Source: a virus
Lineage: Duplodnaviria; Caudoviricetes
DNA length: 35,376 nucleotides
Virus record (IMG/VR): IMGVR_UViG_3300038315_001552
Location: 1-35,376 of that record
Strand: one strand, 5' to 3'
Part shown: positions 7,367-16,479 of the stretch, piece by piece
How positions within the stretch are numbered: position 1 is the first letter of the stretch
Layout: each line of letters begins with the position of its first letter
Notes under the pieces: generated by a model
The model's database searches: none
What the model was told of the DNA's origin: nothing
Seen by the model: the letters and a program-made list of their open reading frames with translations, nothing else
Translations under genes and position numbers: made by a program

Positions 7367-8176
7367 ATGACCAGCCCTTTCCTTCGCAACCGCTCCCGCC
7401 AGCTGGCGCAGCAATCCGCTGTCGCTGCCAATGCCACCGCGCTGCGCGCGCCGGCCGAAGACACGCCCGCCGGCCAGGAATATGCGGTCCTGCGCGTTTC
7501 GCTGCATGAAGACCTGCGCAAGCTGTCCGACACCGAAAGTGTCGAAGCGCGCCGCCCGATGAAGGCGAAGATGGCCGGCCGCTATGCCGCATGGATCGAA
7601 GGCGTCCTGGAAGCCGACGCGCCGACCCAGGACGAAATCCTGGTCACGAACATGATCTGGGCGATCGACTATCGCGATTTTCCCCGCGCGCTGCGCCTGG
7701 CCGAATTCGTCATCAAGCACGGCCTGGCCTTGCCCGAACGCTACAACCGCAACACCGCCTGCCTGATCGCCGAAGAATTCGCCGAAGCCGCGCTGGGCGA
7801 TGCCGACCAGGTCGACCACCAGCTGCTGTTGCAGGTCGCCTATCTGACCGGCGGCGCGGACATGCCCGACCAGGCGCGGGCCAAGCTGATGAAGGCGATC
7901 GGGCTGGGCTGGGCCGACAAGGCCGATGCCTTCGATGCATCTGACGACAGCGCACCCGCCGGCGGCAAGGCGTCCTACATCGACGCCGCGCTGACCGCGC
8001 TGCGCGCCGCGCTCGCGCTCGACAAGAAGGTCGGCGTCAAGAAGCGCATCGAACAGCTCGAGCGCGCCCAGGCGAAAACTGCCGACGAAAACGAGCCCGA
8101 AACGGTCGCACCGACACCCGCGCCCACGCCCGCCGCGAAGAACGCGGGCAAGCGCGGGCGCAAGGGCAGGAAATAG
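7367..8176 (+). CDS. M: Terminase small (endonuclease) subunit (P2 gpM)
   Basis: MTSPF start, QDEIL..MIWAID, DMPDQARAKL and GVKKRIEQLER. Follows capsid. Confidence 0.9.
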   Translation: MTSPFLRNRSRQLAQQSAVAANATALRAPAEDTPAGQEYAVLRVSLHEDLRKLSDTESVEARRPMKAKMAGRYAAWIEGVLEADAPTQDEILVTNMIWAIDYRDFPRALRLAEFVIKHGLALPERYNRNTACLIAEEFAEAALGDADQVDHQLLLQVAYLTGGADMPDQARAKLMKAIGLGWADKADAFDASDDSAPAGGKASYIDAALTALRAALALDKKVGVKKRIEQLERAQAKTADENEPETVAPTPAPTPAAKNAGKRGRKGRK

Positions 8177-8301
8177 GATTGCGGGCCGGCACCACCGGCC
8201 TGCCACGAAACGCCCCACGGCGCTGGGGGGCGATTGACCCGATCGGCAAGGCTTCGCGCCTTCGCCCGCCCTGGTCAGTCTCACCCCCCACTTTGTTCGA
8301 T

Positions 8302-8331
8302 GCGCTACCGCGCTTCGCGCTACTTGAGCGC
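8302..8331 (-). repeat. Conserved hairpin motif copy 1 (minus)
   Basis: Reverse complement: GCGCT-CAAGTA-GCGC-GAA-GCGC-GGT-AGCGC. Confidence 0.85.
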
Positions 8332-8355
8332 GGCCGGCGGCAGGAAGGAAATGCT

Positions 8356-8381
8356 GGCCTCATGCAGCGAAGCGTTAGGCC
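8356..8381 (+). repeat. Conserved hairpin motif copy 2
   Basis: GGCCT-CATGCA-GC-GAA-GC-GTT-AGGCC. Confidence 0.85.
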
Positions 8382-8405
8382 GACAACGAAGTCAGGGAAC
8401 CAGAC

Positions 8406-8912
8406 ATGGCAGGTTTGACAGCGCCGCCCGACAATGCAGACCCTATTGCCGGCCAGGTCATCGAAGCCGATGGCTGGTTCCCTGGCATCGACACCGCGCA
8501 CATCCGCGACACTATCCGCCTGGGCGATGGCGCAGTCACCGAGGCGCGGCTTGCCGAAGCGGTCCTGGCGGGAATGCTCGCCGGCCTGAAGGAAATGGCC
8601 GCTTGGCGCTCGGCGCGCGCGGTCGAAGGCCATGCCAGCCTGGGAACTGTCACCGACCTGCAGTTGGCGGGTCAGAACATGGCGGTCCTGCTGTGGCGGC
8701 GCATTGTCAGCTTTTTCGCGGCCGCCGAACTGGTCGACGGTCACACCGATGTCGCCGCGACCGATGACGCGCTAGACCGCGAAGAAGAAAAGGCCAGCAC
8801 GGCCGACCGCTATCGCCGCAAGGCCTATGAAGCGGTCGCCGACCTGCGCGCGCTGGGCCTTCCCGCCGACGCGCCCGAACCACACGGCCGCAATCGGGTT
8901 TCGCTGCTATGA
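8406..8912 (+). CDS. L: Head completion/stabilization protein (P2 gpL)
   Basis: DGWFPGID, VTEARL and C-terminal RNRVSLL. Follows gpM. Confidence 0.9.
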   Translation: MAGLTAPPDNADPIAGQVIEADGWFPGIDTAHIRDTIRLGDGAVTEARLAEAVLAGMLAGLKEMAAWRSARAVEGHASLGTVTDLQLAGQNMAVLLWRRIVSFFAAAELVDGHTDVAATDDALDREEEKASTADRYRRKAYEAVADLRALGLPADAPEPHGRNRVSLL

Positions 8913-8914
8913 CC

Positions 8915-8940
8915 GGCCTGAAGAAGCGGAGCGTTAGGCC
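8915..8940 (+). repeat. Conserved hairpin motif copy 3
   Basis: GGCCT-GAAGAA-GC-GGA-GC-GTT-AGGCC. Fills the L-X gap and abuts ATG 8941. Confidence 0.85.
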
Positions 8941-9150
8941 ATGAAGGCGACCGCTCAGGATGGCGAAACGGTCGACGCAATCTGCTGGCGCGTCCTGGGC
9001 CGCACCGCCAAAGTCACCGAACAGGCGCTGGCGATGAATCCCGGTCTGGCCGACATCGGCGCGCAGCTGCCTGGCGGCACGGTCCTGACCCTGCCCGACA
9101 TCGTCGACGCGCCGCCCGAAACCCGCGTCACCGTCAAGCTATGGGATTGA
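8941..9150 (+). CDS. X: Tail protein X (LysM-like)
   Basis: AQDGETVDAICWRVLG...NPGLADIGAQLPGG...VKLWD. Confidence 0.92.
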   Translation: MKATAQDGETVDAICWRVLGRTAKVTEQALAMNPGLADIGAQLPGGTVLTLPDIVDAPPETRVTVKLWD

Positions 9151-9154
9151 TCTG

Positions 9155-9637
9155 ATGCGCAAGCCAACCGAACTGCGCAAAGCCCTGACCGCCGCGCTGC
9201 CCGAACTGAAGCGCAACCCTGACCGCCTGGTCATCTGGGTCGAAGATGGCGCGGTCCGCACCCGCCAGACCGAAGACGCCAGTTTCAGCTTCGAATACCC
9301 GCTGTCGGTCCTGCTGCGCGAAGTGAAGACCGACATCGCGGTCATCGTTCACGCGATCAACCGCTGGCTGCGCGTCAACCAGCCCGACCTGCTGGCCGCC
9401 GGCAACCGCGACAGCTTCAAATTCGAAACCGACATCCTGGACAATGGCACTGCCGACATCGTCTTCACCATCGACCTAGTCGAAGCGGTTAAGGTCGCGG
9501 CCGATCCTGCCGGCGGATGGTCGCTCGACTATGTCGCCGAACCCGACCCGCTGTTCGATGATGGCGCCGCGCTGCCGGATGCCGGCGGCACCCCGCCGCT
9601 GGCCGGCGCGACCAGCGACACTATCGTCGCCGACTGA
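9155..9637 (+). CDS. R: Tail completion protein (P2 gpR)
   Basis: MRKPTELRKAL..NPDRL..WVEDG, SFSFEY and WLRVNQPDL. Confidence 0.9.
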   Translation: MRKPTELRKALTAALPELKRNPDRLVIWVEDGAVRTRQTEDASFSFEYPLSVLLREVKTDIAVIVHAINRWLRVNQPDLLAAGNRDSFKFETDILDNGTADIVFTIDLVEAVKVAADPAGGWSLDYVAEPDPLFDDGAALPDAGGTPPLAGATSDTIVAD

Positions 9638-10122
9638 TGGCGGGCGCTTATGACAGCGATGCGCTGGCGGGGCTCGACACCTGGCTGGGCCGCGTCATGG
9701 GCGGCATCGCGCCCACCCAGCGCAAGCGCGCCGCGATGAAGCTGGGCCGCGCGCTGCGCCGATCGAACCTCGAGCGCGTCAAGGGCAACGTCGAACCCGA
9801 TGGCAGCGCCATGGAAGACCGCAAGTCGCGGCTTGACCGGCGCGGCCGCGTTCGCAGCAAGGCCGGCGGAAAGATGTTTCGCAAGCTGCGCCTGGCGCGC
9901 CATTGGCGCATCGCCGCGCGGCCCGACAGCGTCGAATTGTCGCCGAAGGGAAATTCGCACATTCCGGATATTCACCATTTCGGAAAGAAGGGATATGTCG
10001 GCCGCGCGCCCGATGGCGGCAAGGTCTTTACCCGCTACCCCCAGCGCCGCCTGCTGGGTTTTGGCGAAGGCGATGACCAGCTGGCGATCGACATCGCCGC
10101 CGAACTTTTCGACCAGGATTGA
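9637..10122 (+). CDS. S: Tail completion / virion morphogenesis protein (P2 gpS)
   Basis: LRRSN..R...N.EPDGS, MFRKL, IHHFG and YPQRRLLGF. Confidence 0.9.
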   Translation: MAGAYDSDALAGLDTWLGRVMGGIAPTQRKRAAMKLGRALRRSNLERVKGNVEPDGSAMEDRKSRLDRRGRVRSKAGGKMFRKLRLARHWRIAARPDSVELSPKGNSHIPDIHHFGKKGYVGRAPDGGKVFTRYPQRRLLGFGEGDDQLAIDIAAELFDQD

Positions 10123-10157
10123 CCCGCGCGCCGGCCCGCCGGTTCCTTTGCCGGCGC

Positions 10158-10176
10158 GGTTGAAGCGGCTTTCACC
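10158..10176 (+). promoter_or_regulatory. Putative late-activator (Ogr) box upstream of J
   Basis: GGTTGAA-N5-TTTCACC, 47 nt before ATG 10224. Confidence 0.55.
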
Positions 10177-10223
10177 GTCCCCGCCCCTTACGCGCGCGAA
10201 GCGGCCCATGCATGCCATGACGC

Positions 10224-11135
10224 ATGCCCGCGCCCACGACATCGATCGCTTCATCGACCGCTATCGACCTGTCGCGCCTTCCTGCGCCCGACATCGTCGA
10301 AGCCCTGGATTTCGAAACCATCCTGGCCGTGCGCAAGGCCGATTTCCTCGCGCGCTTTCCCGAATTCACCGCCTTTGTCGAAAGCGACCCCGCGCTGAAG
10401 CTGCTGGAAGCCTGCGCCTATCAGGAACTGATCCTGCGCCAGCGGGTCAATGACGCCGCGCATGGCGTGATGATCGCTTTCGCGATCGGCGCCGACCTCG
10501 ACAATCTCGCCGCGGTCTTCGGCGTCACCCGCCGCACCATCACGCCGGCCGATGAAACCACCGGCGAACCGGCGGTCATGGAAGACGATGACCAGCTGCG
10601 CCGCCGCGTCCTGATGGCGCCCGACAGCTATTCGGTCGCCGGCCCGACCGCCGCCTATCAATTCCACGCGCTGTCTGCATCGGGCGATGTCGCCGATGTC
10701 AGCGCCACCAGCCCCGCGCCTGGCGAAGTCGTCATCAGCGTCCTGTCGATCCACGGCGATGGCACCGCATCGGCCGAATTGCTCGCCACCGTCAGCGATG
10801 CGGTCGGCGCCGATGACGTTCGCCCGCTGACCGACCAGGTCACGGTCCAGAGCGCGGAAATCGTCGCCTTCGAAATCGAAGCCGGCCTGACGCTTTACCC
10901 TGGCCCTGATGCCGCGCTGATCCAAGCCGCCGCGCAAGCGGGGCTCGACGCCATGCTGGCCGAACAGCGCAAGATCGGCCGCGACATCACGCGCAGCGGG
11001 ATCTTCCGCGCGCTGCATGTCGCCGGCGTCCAGAATGTCGACCTAGTCAAGCCCGCGGCCGATGTCGTCATCGGCGCCACCCAGGTCGCCGCCCCCAGCG
11101 CCATTACGCTGACCATTTCGGGCGTCGGCGAATGA
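10224..11135 (+). CDS. J: Baseplate assembly protein J
   Basis: IDLSRLPAPDIVE.LDFE, LRQRVNDAA, SVAGPTAAY.FHA and VRPLTD.V. Confidence 0.95.
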   Translation: MPAPTTSIASSTAIDLSRLPAPDIVEALDFETILAVRKADFLARFPEFTAFVESDPALKLLEACAYQELILRQRVNDAAHGVMIAFAIGADLDNLAAVFGVTRRTITPADETTGEPAVMEDDDQLRRRVLMAPDSYSVAGPTAAYQFHALSASGDVADVSATSPAPGEVVISVLSIHGDGTASAELLATVSDAVGADDVRPLTDQVTVQSAEIVAFEIEAGLTLYPGPDAALIQAAAQAGLDAMLAEQRKIGRDITRSGIFRALHVAGVQNVDLVKPAADVVIGATQVAAPSAITLTISGVGE

Positions 11136-11770
11136 CGCTGCTGCCACCCAATTCGACCTGCCTGGAACGCGCGATCGAAGGCGCGAATGGCGCCGCGCTG
11201 GCAGATGTTCCCGTCCCCATCCGCGATTTGTGGAATCCGGCAACCTGCCCCGCAACCCTGCTGCCTTTCCTCGCCTGGGGCGTATCGATCGACCTATGGG
11301 ACTCGCAATGGAGCGAAGCCGAAAAGCGCGCCGCCATCATTCGCGCGATCGAAGACCAGCGACGCAAAGGAACGCCAGCATCGCTGCGCAGCGTCATCGA
11401 CCGCTTCGATCCACTGATCGAAGTAGTTGAATGGTTTGAAGATCGGGACACGCTGGATCCGCACACCTTTCGCTTGGAATTGCCGCTGCGCGCCGAAAGC
11501 GCAGTCGAGTATGATGACGCCCTAGTCGCGGCGCTGCTGCGCGACATCGCCGCCGTGAAGCCGCTGCGCGCGCATATGTTCGCCGTTCATCACCTGGTCG
11601 CGCAAACCGATGCCTGGCTGGTCGGCGCGGCCCAAATCTCCGGCCTGACCCGCATCGACAGCTTCACCGATCTGACAGTTCCCGAAAATCCTGCCTGGGC
11701 GAATTACCTGCAAACCGAAGATGGCGAACCCATCCGCAGCGCCGAAGGCCCTTTCCTGGAAGTCGCATAA
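11132..11770 (+). CDS. I: Tail protein I (baseplate wedge)
   Basis: LLPPNST, LWNPATCP..LLPFLAWG.SID.W and RRKGT. Confidence 0.93.
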   Translation: MTLLPPNSTCLERAIEGANGAALADVPVPIRDLWNPATCPATLLPFLAWGVSIDLWDSQWSEAEKRAAIIRAIEDQRRKGTPASLRSVIDRFDPLIEVVEWFEDRDTLDPHTFRLELPLRAESAVEYDDALVAALLRDIAAVKPLRAHMFAVHHLVAQTDAWLVGAAQISGLTRIDSFTDLTVPENPAWANYLQTEDGEPIRSAEGPFLEVA

Positions 11771-12781
11771 ATGGCCAATCCCATCGATCTCATCATAACG
11801 AATGCCGGCTTGGATGCGCTGGTCGATGCGCAGAACGGCAACACCGACGCGATCAAGGTCATCGAAGTCGGTCTGACCGAAGCCGCCTTCGACCCCGCGC
11901 CAACGCTCACTGCGCTGCCAGGCGAATTCAAGCGACTTGCCAGCTTTGCCGGCCAGTCGACCGGCCCAAACACCATCCACATGACCGCGCTGGATGCGGG
12001 CGCCACCACCTATGACCTGCGCGGCATCGGCTTGTTCCTGGAAGATGGCACGTTGTTCGCCAGTTTCGCCCAAGCCGCCCCCATCTTTTCAAAGGTCGCG
12101 ATCGCCAGTTTCCTGCTGGCGTTCGATGTTCGCTTTTCGGGCGATGTCGGCGAAGACATTACCTTCGGCGATGCGACGTTTCTTTATCCGCCGGCGTCCG
12201 AAACGGTCAAAGGCGTGGCGGAAATCGCCACCCAGGAAGAAACCGATGCGGTCGACGATGATGAACGCATCGTGACCCCGCTCAAGCTGGGCGTTTTCGT
12301 CAACTCCATCGCCAGCGCCTTGCAGGCGGCGATCGATGCGCTGACCGGCCGCACCATCACCGGCACCGGCCTTGCCACTGGTGGCGGCAGTCTTGCCGCG
12401 AACCGCACGATCAATGTCGCGGCAGCCAGCGGCGCCGAAGCCATGGCCGAAGACTTGGCGACCAAAGCGATTACGCCGGCATCGCTGGCAGGCTTCGCGC
12501 GGCAGGTCGGTCAAAGCGGCTATGCCACTATCCCCGGCACGGGCGGCATGATCATCCAGCATGGCCGCTTCACCGCTGCCGCCAATGGTCCGACCAGCGT
12601 GACATGGCCGATCGCTTTCCCGACAGCTTGTTATGCCGCGGTTTGCAATGGCGGCAAATCCGACGCGGCGATCCAGGACAACTACGTCACCTTCCTGGCC
12701 GAAAGCATCAGCGCGACCGGCGCCACCGCTTACAACAATCAGACCACCTATTCGGCCAGCTTCATCGCGATCGGGAGGTAA
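11771..12781 (+). CDS. H: Tail fibre protein (P2 gpH-like, short)
   Basis: IITNAGLDAL N-terminus, PPASETVKGVAEIATQEE, and C-terminal GG.IIQ.G..WPIAFP...FIAIG (gp53-like tip). Confidence 0.85.
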   Translation: MANPIDLIITNAGLDALVDAQNGNTDAIKVIEVGLTEAAFDPAPTLTALPGEFKRLASFAGQSTGPNTIHMTALDAGATTYDLRGIGLFLEDGTLFASFAQAAPIFSKVAIASFLLAFDVRFSGDVGEDITFGDATFLYPPASETVKGVAEIATQEETDAVDDDERIVTPLKLGVFVNSIASALQAAIDALTGRTITGTGLATGGGSLAANRTINVAAASGAEAMAEDLATKAITPASLAGFARQVGQSGYATIPGTGGMIIQHGRFTAAANGPTSVTWPIAFPTACYAAVCNGGKSDAAIQDNYVTFLAESISATGATAYNNQTTYSASFIAIGR

Positions 12782-12785
12782 ACCG

Positions 12786-13241
12786 ATGACCCTATTCTTC
12801 GCGCTAGTCGATGGCCGGCCCGCTTTCTTCGACACAGCCATTCATGGCTACGCAGTCCCCGAAAGCGCGGTTGAAGTGACACCCGCGCGCCATGCCGAAT
12901 TGCTCGACGCGCAGGCGCAGGGCGAGGAAATTTATGCGGCGAAAGGCGGTCATCCGCGCGCCCGCCGCCGCCGCCAGGACGCCGAAACGATGCGCGCCAG
13001 CCTGCTGCTGCAGGTCAAGCGCGAAGCGCAGCGCCGCATCGATCTTGTAAGTCCGCAATGGCGGCAGCTGAATGATCTGCGCACGCCCAACGAAGAAGGC
13101 CGGGCGCGGTTCCACCAGATCGATGCCATCCGCGCGGCCAGCGACAAAATCGAGTCCGCTGTCGGGGCTGCGACTGAAGCCGCAATTCGCAAATTCGATC
13201 CGAAGACACGTCCTGAATGGCCCCGAAGCACGAAAGGTTAG
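12786..13241 (+). CDS. Tail fibre assembly chaperone-like protein
   Basis: FFDTAIHG..VPESAVEVT...HAELL.AQAQG..I pattern. Directly follows the fibre. Confidence 0.7.
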   Translation: MTLFFALVDGRPAFFDTAIHGYAVPESAVEVTPARHAELLDAQAQGEEIYAAKGGHPRARRRRQDAETMRASLLLQVKREAQRRIDLVSPQWRQLNDLRTPNEEGRARFHQIDAIRAASDKIESAVGAATEAAIRKFDPKTRPEWPRSTKG

Positions 13242-13248
13242 AAGAAAA

Positions 13249-15684
13249 ATGGCACGCATCAGTTCGCTTCCGAATTTGGGGCCACCGGCAGGCGACGAAG
13301 AACTGCCGATTGTGAAGGGCTCGAAAACCTACAAAACCAGCGTTAGCGACTTGACTGAAGCCGCCAATATCCGCGCCGAAACGGCGGCGGCTTTCGCTGA
13401 AGAGTTCAGCGGCCGTGCTTACGCTAGCCAAGCGGCGGGGGAAGCCGCGACGACCGAAGGGCAGTTTTTTCGCGTCCCCATTGGCACGACGCCGGAAACT
13501 TACACGCGCTATCAACGCACGGTGGGAGGATCGGTTGAGGCAGCGCCGCTGGTCAACAGCGTCTATGCCGAAGAAACCTATTCGAAAAAGGCGCAGGTCG
13601 ATCCGGTCATCAACAATGTTCCGCGCACCCCCGGTATGTTTGGCGCGGAGTTAGGCGCATCGGACAACATCGCGGCGGTAAAGAGCTTCATCGAAGCGCA
13701 GGAACGCGAACTGCCCACCTATGCACGCGAGAATCCTACGCCCAAGGTTGGGCTTATTTCCGAAGTCGCCAACGGCAAGAACAACCACGCCTTCCCGTCC
13801 GCTGTTCGGTATTCCGGCAAGGATTACGTGTTTTACCGCGAGGGCGTGGGCCATCTGGAACCTACGCCGATTGGCAACAACGCACGGCTGAAGCTGGCAA
13901 TACGGGACATTGCCGATCCCACGGTGGAAGCGAGGCACGTTGTCTATCAGGCCAACGGCGTCGATCCCCGCGATCCCAACGTCCTGCGCGATGACTACGG
14001 CAACGCCATTCTGGTAGGCGGCAAGTTCAAGGTCGTCATGTTCGAGTGGGACGGCGATTATCTCGCAGGCAACGCGTCGGCCAAAGTGTTCGACTTTGAC
14101 CCGGCAAGCCCCGCGTCCGGTCTGACCAACGCGGTCACACTCCCGGCGCCGATCAAGGCGGTGAAGTCGGACGTTCGACTGCTCTCAAACGGCACCTATG
14201 CTTTTGTAGCCTACGACCTCACCAACACCTGCCACTTCGTCACAACGACCGATTGGGCAACCTTCAATGTCGAGGAGATCGGGCCAGGCAACGAAGCCGC
14301 GTTCTGCGAGACGGCGGACGGTGATCTGAATGTCATCACCCGCAACGAGGAAAACTATCAGGACAAGGTCACGCTGTTCTACAAGCGCGCCTTGGCGGGC
14401 GGTGCCTGGCGGGTGCATGACATTCTGCCCTACACGCTCAATGCGCCGACGATTGTGAAGTCGCTTTCCTACGCGCAGGCCGCAGCGCAGGGCGGAACGG
14501 GAAGCGAAGGTTGGTTCCTGTTTGCTCGCGACAAGACAGGCCGGGTTGCGCTTAACGGGACCGAGACCCCCATCAGCGATCTCGTCTGTTTCTGGAGCAA
14601 GCAATCAGGCGGTGCGACAATCGAACGCTTCACGGTGCGACAGGTCATCGTGGGGAATCTCCGATCTAATATCGGCTCTGATGGCGACAGTCATTATGCG
14701 ACGGCCATTGCCTCTGCAGGGTCGGGCAATTTCGACATATACACTTACTCTGAGTTCAAGACCGCGTTCGACGTTGCCGCTACGTCCTTTGGCACTGCCA
14801 TCTTTCATCTCACCGGCTCGATGGATAGCAACACCGGCTTGGCGGTGCGCAAGGCAGTTTCTCAAAATCGGCTGCGCAATGGATCGTTTCAGCAGGACTC
14901 CGCAGGCTACCGGCTACCCGGCGGGGTTACGCTTCAAACGGCAGACGGTGCGCCTTACGTCCGGTTTATCAATGCAAGCGCGGGGTCGATGGAGTTCTTC
15001 TTTGGAGGCGCTCCCGGCGAAACGCTGTTCCCCAAATTTCGGATGCGGACGGCTTCAACGAACAACGCCGATGGCCGCCACTTATCGCTTACCATATACC
15101 GGGTCGAGACGAACGGCGCTCTCACTTCGATTGGCAACTTCCTGCCCGAACTGCCACCTTCGCAGTTCGGCGGGGCGTGGCGCACGGTGGTCATGCCGCC
15201 CGTCATCAGTTCGACGGGCCGGTTCTATTGCACGGTCAACACTGCCCCCGGAATCACTGCGGCGGTCAGTGATATTTCGCACATCGAATTCTCAGACGAT
15301 TACACACCCAACCTTGCACCCAATCGCCTGATCGACATTGTGCAGCGCACCGCGACAGTCAATTTTTCCACCACTGGCGGCGGCGCAAAGTCAGACGGAA
15401 CGATAAGTGCGGCGGTATGGGATACGCTTGGCCTGCGCCGAAAGGCGTTCACCATCCCGTTTCCTGCCCGCGATGTGAACGACGTAACGATCCAGTTGCA
15501 GGACGCGACCACTCAAGCCGGGGCGCTGCGCTGCGTAGTCACGCGAGCGGTGGTCAATTCTGACGGTTCTCTGTCCGCATCCTTCGCGGTTGCCCCCGGC
15601 GAAAGCGGAACGATGGGGAACACTGCATCGGCCAAGGTCATCGCGACCATCGCGCCGAGTTCAGGCAATGAGTGGACGAAATGA
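13249..15684 (+). CDS. Additional tailspike / receptor-binding protein with sialidase-like beta-propeller and CBM-like domain (811 aa)
   Basis: MARISSLP and GEAATTEGQFFRVP tailspike-type N-terminus, HAFPS..YVFYREG..H and DPRDPN propeller-like motifs, and an NRLRNGSF CBM-like start. Codon usage differs from core genes. Confidence 0.6.
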   Translation: MARISSLPNLGPPAGDEELPIVKGSKTYKTSVSDLTEAANIRAETAAAFAEEFSGRAYASQAAGEAATTEGQFFRVPIGTTPETYTRYQRTVGGSVEAAPLVNSVYAEETYSKKAQVDPVINNVPRTPGMFGAELGASDNIAAVKSFIEAQERELPTYARENPTPKVGLISEVANGKNNHAFPSAVRYSGKDYVFYREGVGHLEPTPIGNNARLKLAIRDIADPTVEARHVVYQANGVDPRDPNVLRDDYGNAILVGGKFKVVMFEWDGDYLAGNASAKVFDFDPASPASGLTNAVTLPAPIKAVKSDVRLLSNGTYAFVAYDLTNTCHFVTTTDWATFNVEEIGPGNEAAFCETADGDLNVITRNEENYQDKVTLFYKRALAGGAWRVHDILPYTLNAPTIVKSLSYAQAAAQGGTGSEGWFLFARDKTGRVALNGTETPISDLVCFWSKQSGGATIERFTVRQVIVGNLRSNIGSDGDSHYATAIASAGSGNFDIYTYSEFKTAFDVAATSFGTAIFHLTGSMDSNTGLAVRKAVSQNRLRNGSFQQDSAGYRLPGGVTLQTADGAPYVRFINASAGSMEFFFGGAPGETLFPKFRMRTASTNNADGRHLSLTIYRVETNGALTSIGNFLPELPPSQFGGAWRTVVMPPVISSTGRFYCTVNTAPGITAAVSDISHIEFSDDYTPNLAPNRLIDIVQRTATVNFSTTGGGAKSDGTISAAVWDTLGLRRKAFTIPFPARDVNDVTIQLQDATTQAGALRCVVTRAVVNSDGSLSASFAVAPGESGTMGNTASAKVIATIAPSSGNEWTK

Positions 15685-15808
15685 CCCGCTTTGTGGCCAT
15701 CTTCTTCGGCCCTGCCCTCACGTTCAGCGACTGGAATGGCGCTATTAACCAAGGCGGGACAGATTTGGCGACACCACTAGCATCAAGTGGAAGTTCGGAG
15801 TCAATCTC

Positions 15809-16186
15809 ATGATGGGATTTGAAATGAAAGGCGTCCTAGTTTGGATCGCTCTGGCGCTGGGCGTGGCTGCGCCCTTGCCCGATCTCATCGGCGGCATGAT
15901 CGTCGGCCTGGCGGCCGCCTATGCTTCCATGCTTTTTACACCGCCGGAAAGTCGCCTGACCGTCTGGTCGTCGCTGTTCGCCGGCCTGGTCGTCTGCCTG
16001 GTCGCTGCCATCGCCCACCCGCATCTGCCCTTCGGCCTTGCCGCCTGGCCGCTGCAGCTGGTCCTGGCGCTGGCCGGCGCCAGCTCGCGCTGGATTGGCG
16101 GATGCCTCGCCAGCTTCGGGAAGGGCGCAGTCGCGCGCGCCGGCAAGCTGCCTTCCGAATTCCGCCTTCCTGGGGGGAAAGACTGA
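15809..16186 (+). CDS. Holin-like membrane protein (multi-TM)
   Basis: Three to four hydrophobic segments and a basic C-terminus. First gene of the lysis cassette. Alternative starts at 15812 and 15824. Confidence 0.6.
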   Translation: MMGFEMKGVLVWIALALGVAAPLPDLIGGMIVGLAAAYASMLFTPPESRLTVWSSLFAGLVVCLVAAIAHPHLPFGLAAWPLQLVLALAGASSRWIGGCLASFGKGAVARAGKLPSEFRLPGGKD

Positions 16187-16479
16187 TGGAACTGATGCAC
16201 CTGCTGACCGGCCTGTTCGAAATAACCGTCGCCATCCTGCTGTGGCATCACGCCGCGCCCGCCTTGCGCCGCATCGGCACCTGGCGCGCGTGGAAGACCT
16301 GGCTGCTGGGCCTTGCCCTGGCGCTTCTGGGCGTCGGGCAGATCGATGCCTGGCTGACCGGAACATCGGTTCCGCTGCTGCGCCAGCTGGGCGATGTCGT
16401 CCTGATTTTCTACGCCGCGTGGCGCTTCGTCCACATCATGCGGCACGTCCCCCCACCCCATTGGAGCGATACCCCATGA
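16186..16479 (+). CDS. Second holin/antiholin-like membrane protein (97 aa)
   Basis: MELMHLLTGLF..., about 3 TM segments. TGATG and ATGA coupling on either side. Confidence 0.6.
   Translation: MELMHLLTGLFEITVAILLWHHAAPALRRIGTWRAWKTWLLGLALALLGVGQIDAWLTGTSVPLLRQLGDVVLIFYAAWRFVHIMRHVPPPHWSDTP

Noticed and set aside
8804-8838. Hairpin inside gene L with the same 6x3 internal-loop geometry
   Set aside because: The loop sequence (TCATAG on the minus strand) does not fit the consensus and it lies in coding sequence, so it may be chance.
11771-15684. Invertible tail-fibre segment or diversity-generating retroelement
   Set aside because: No invertase, reverse transcriptase, flanking inverted repeats or TR/VR pair seen.
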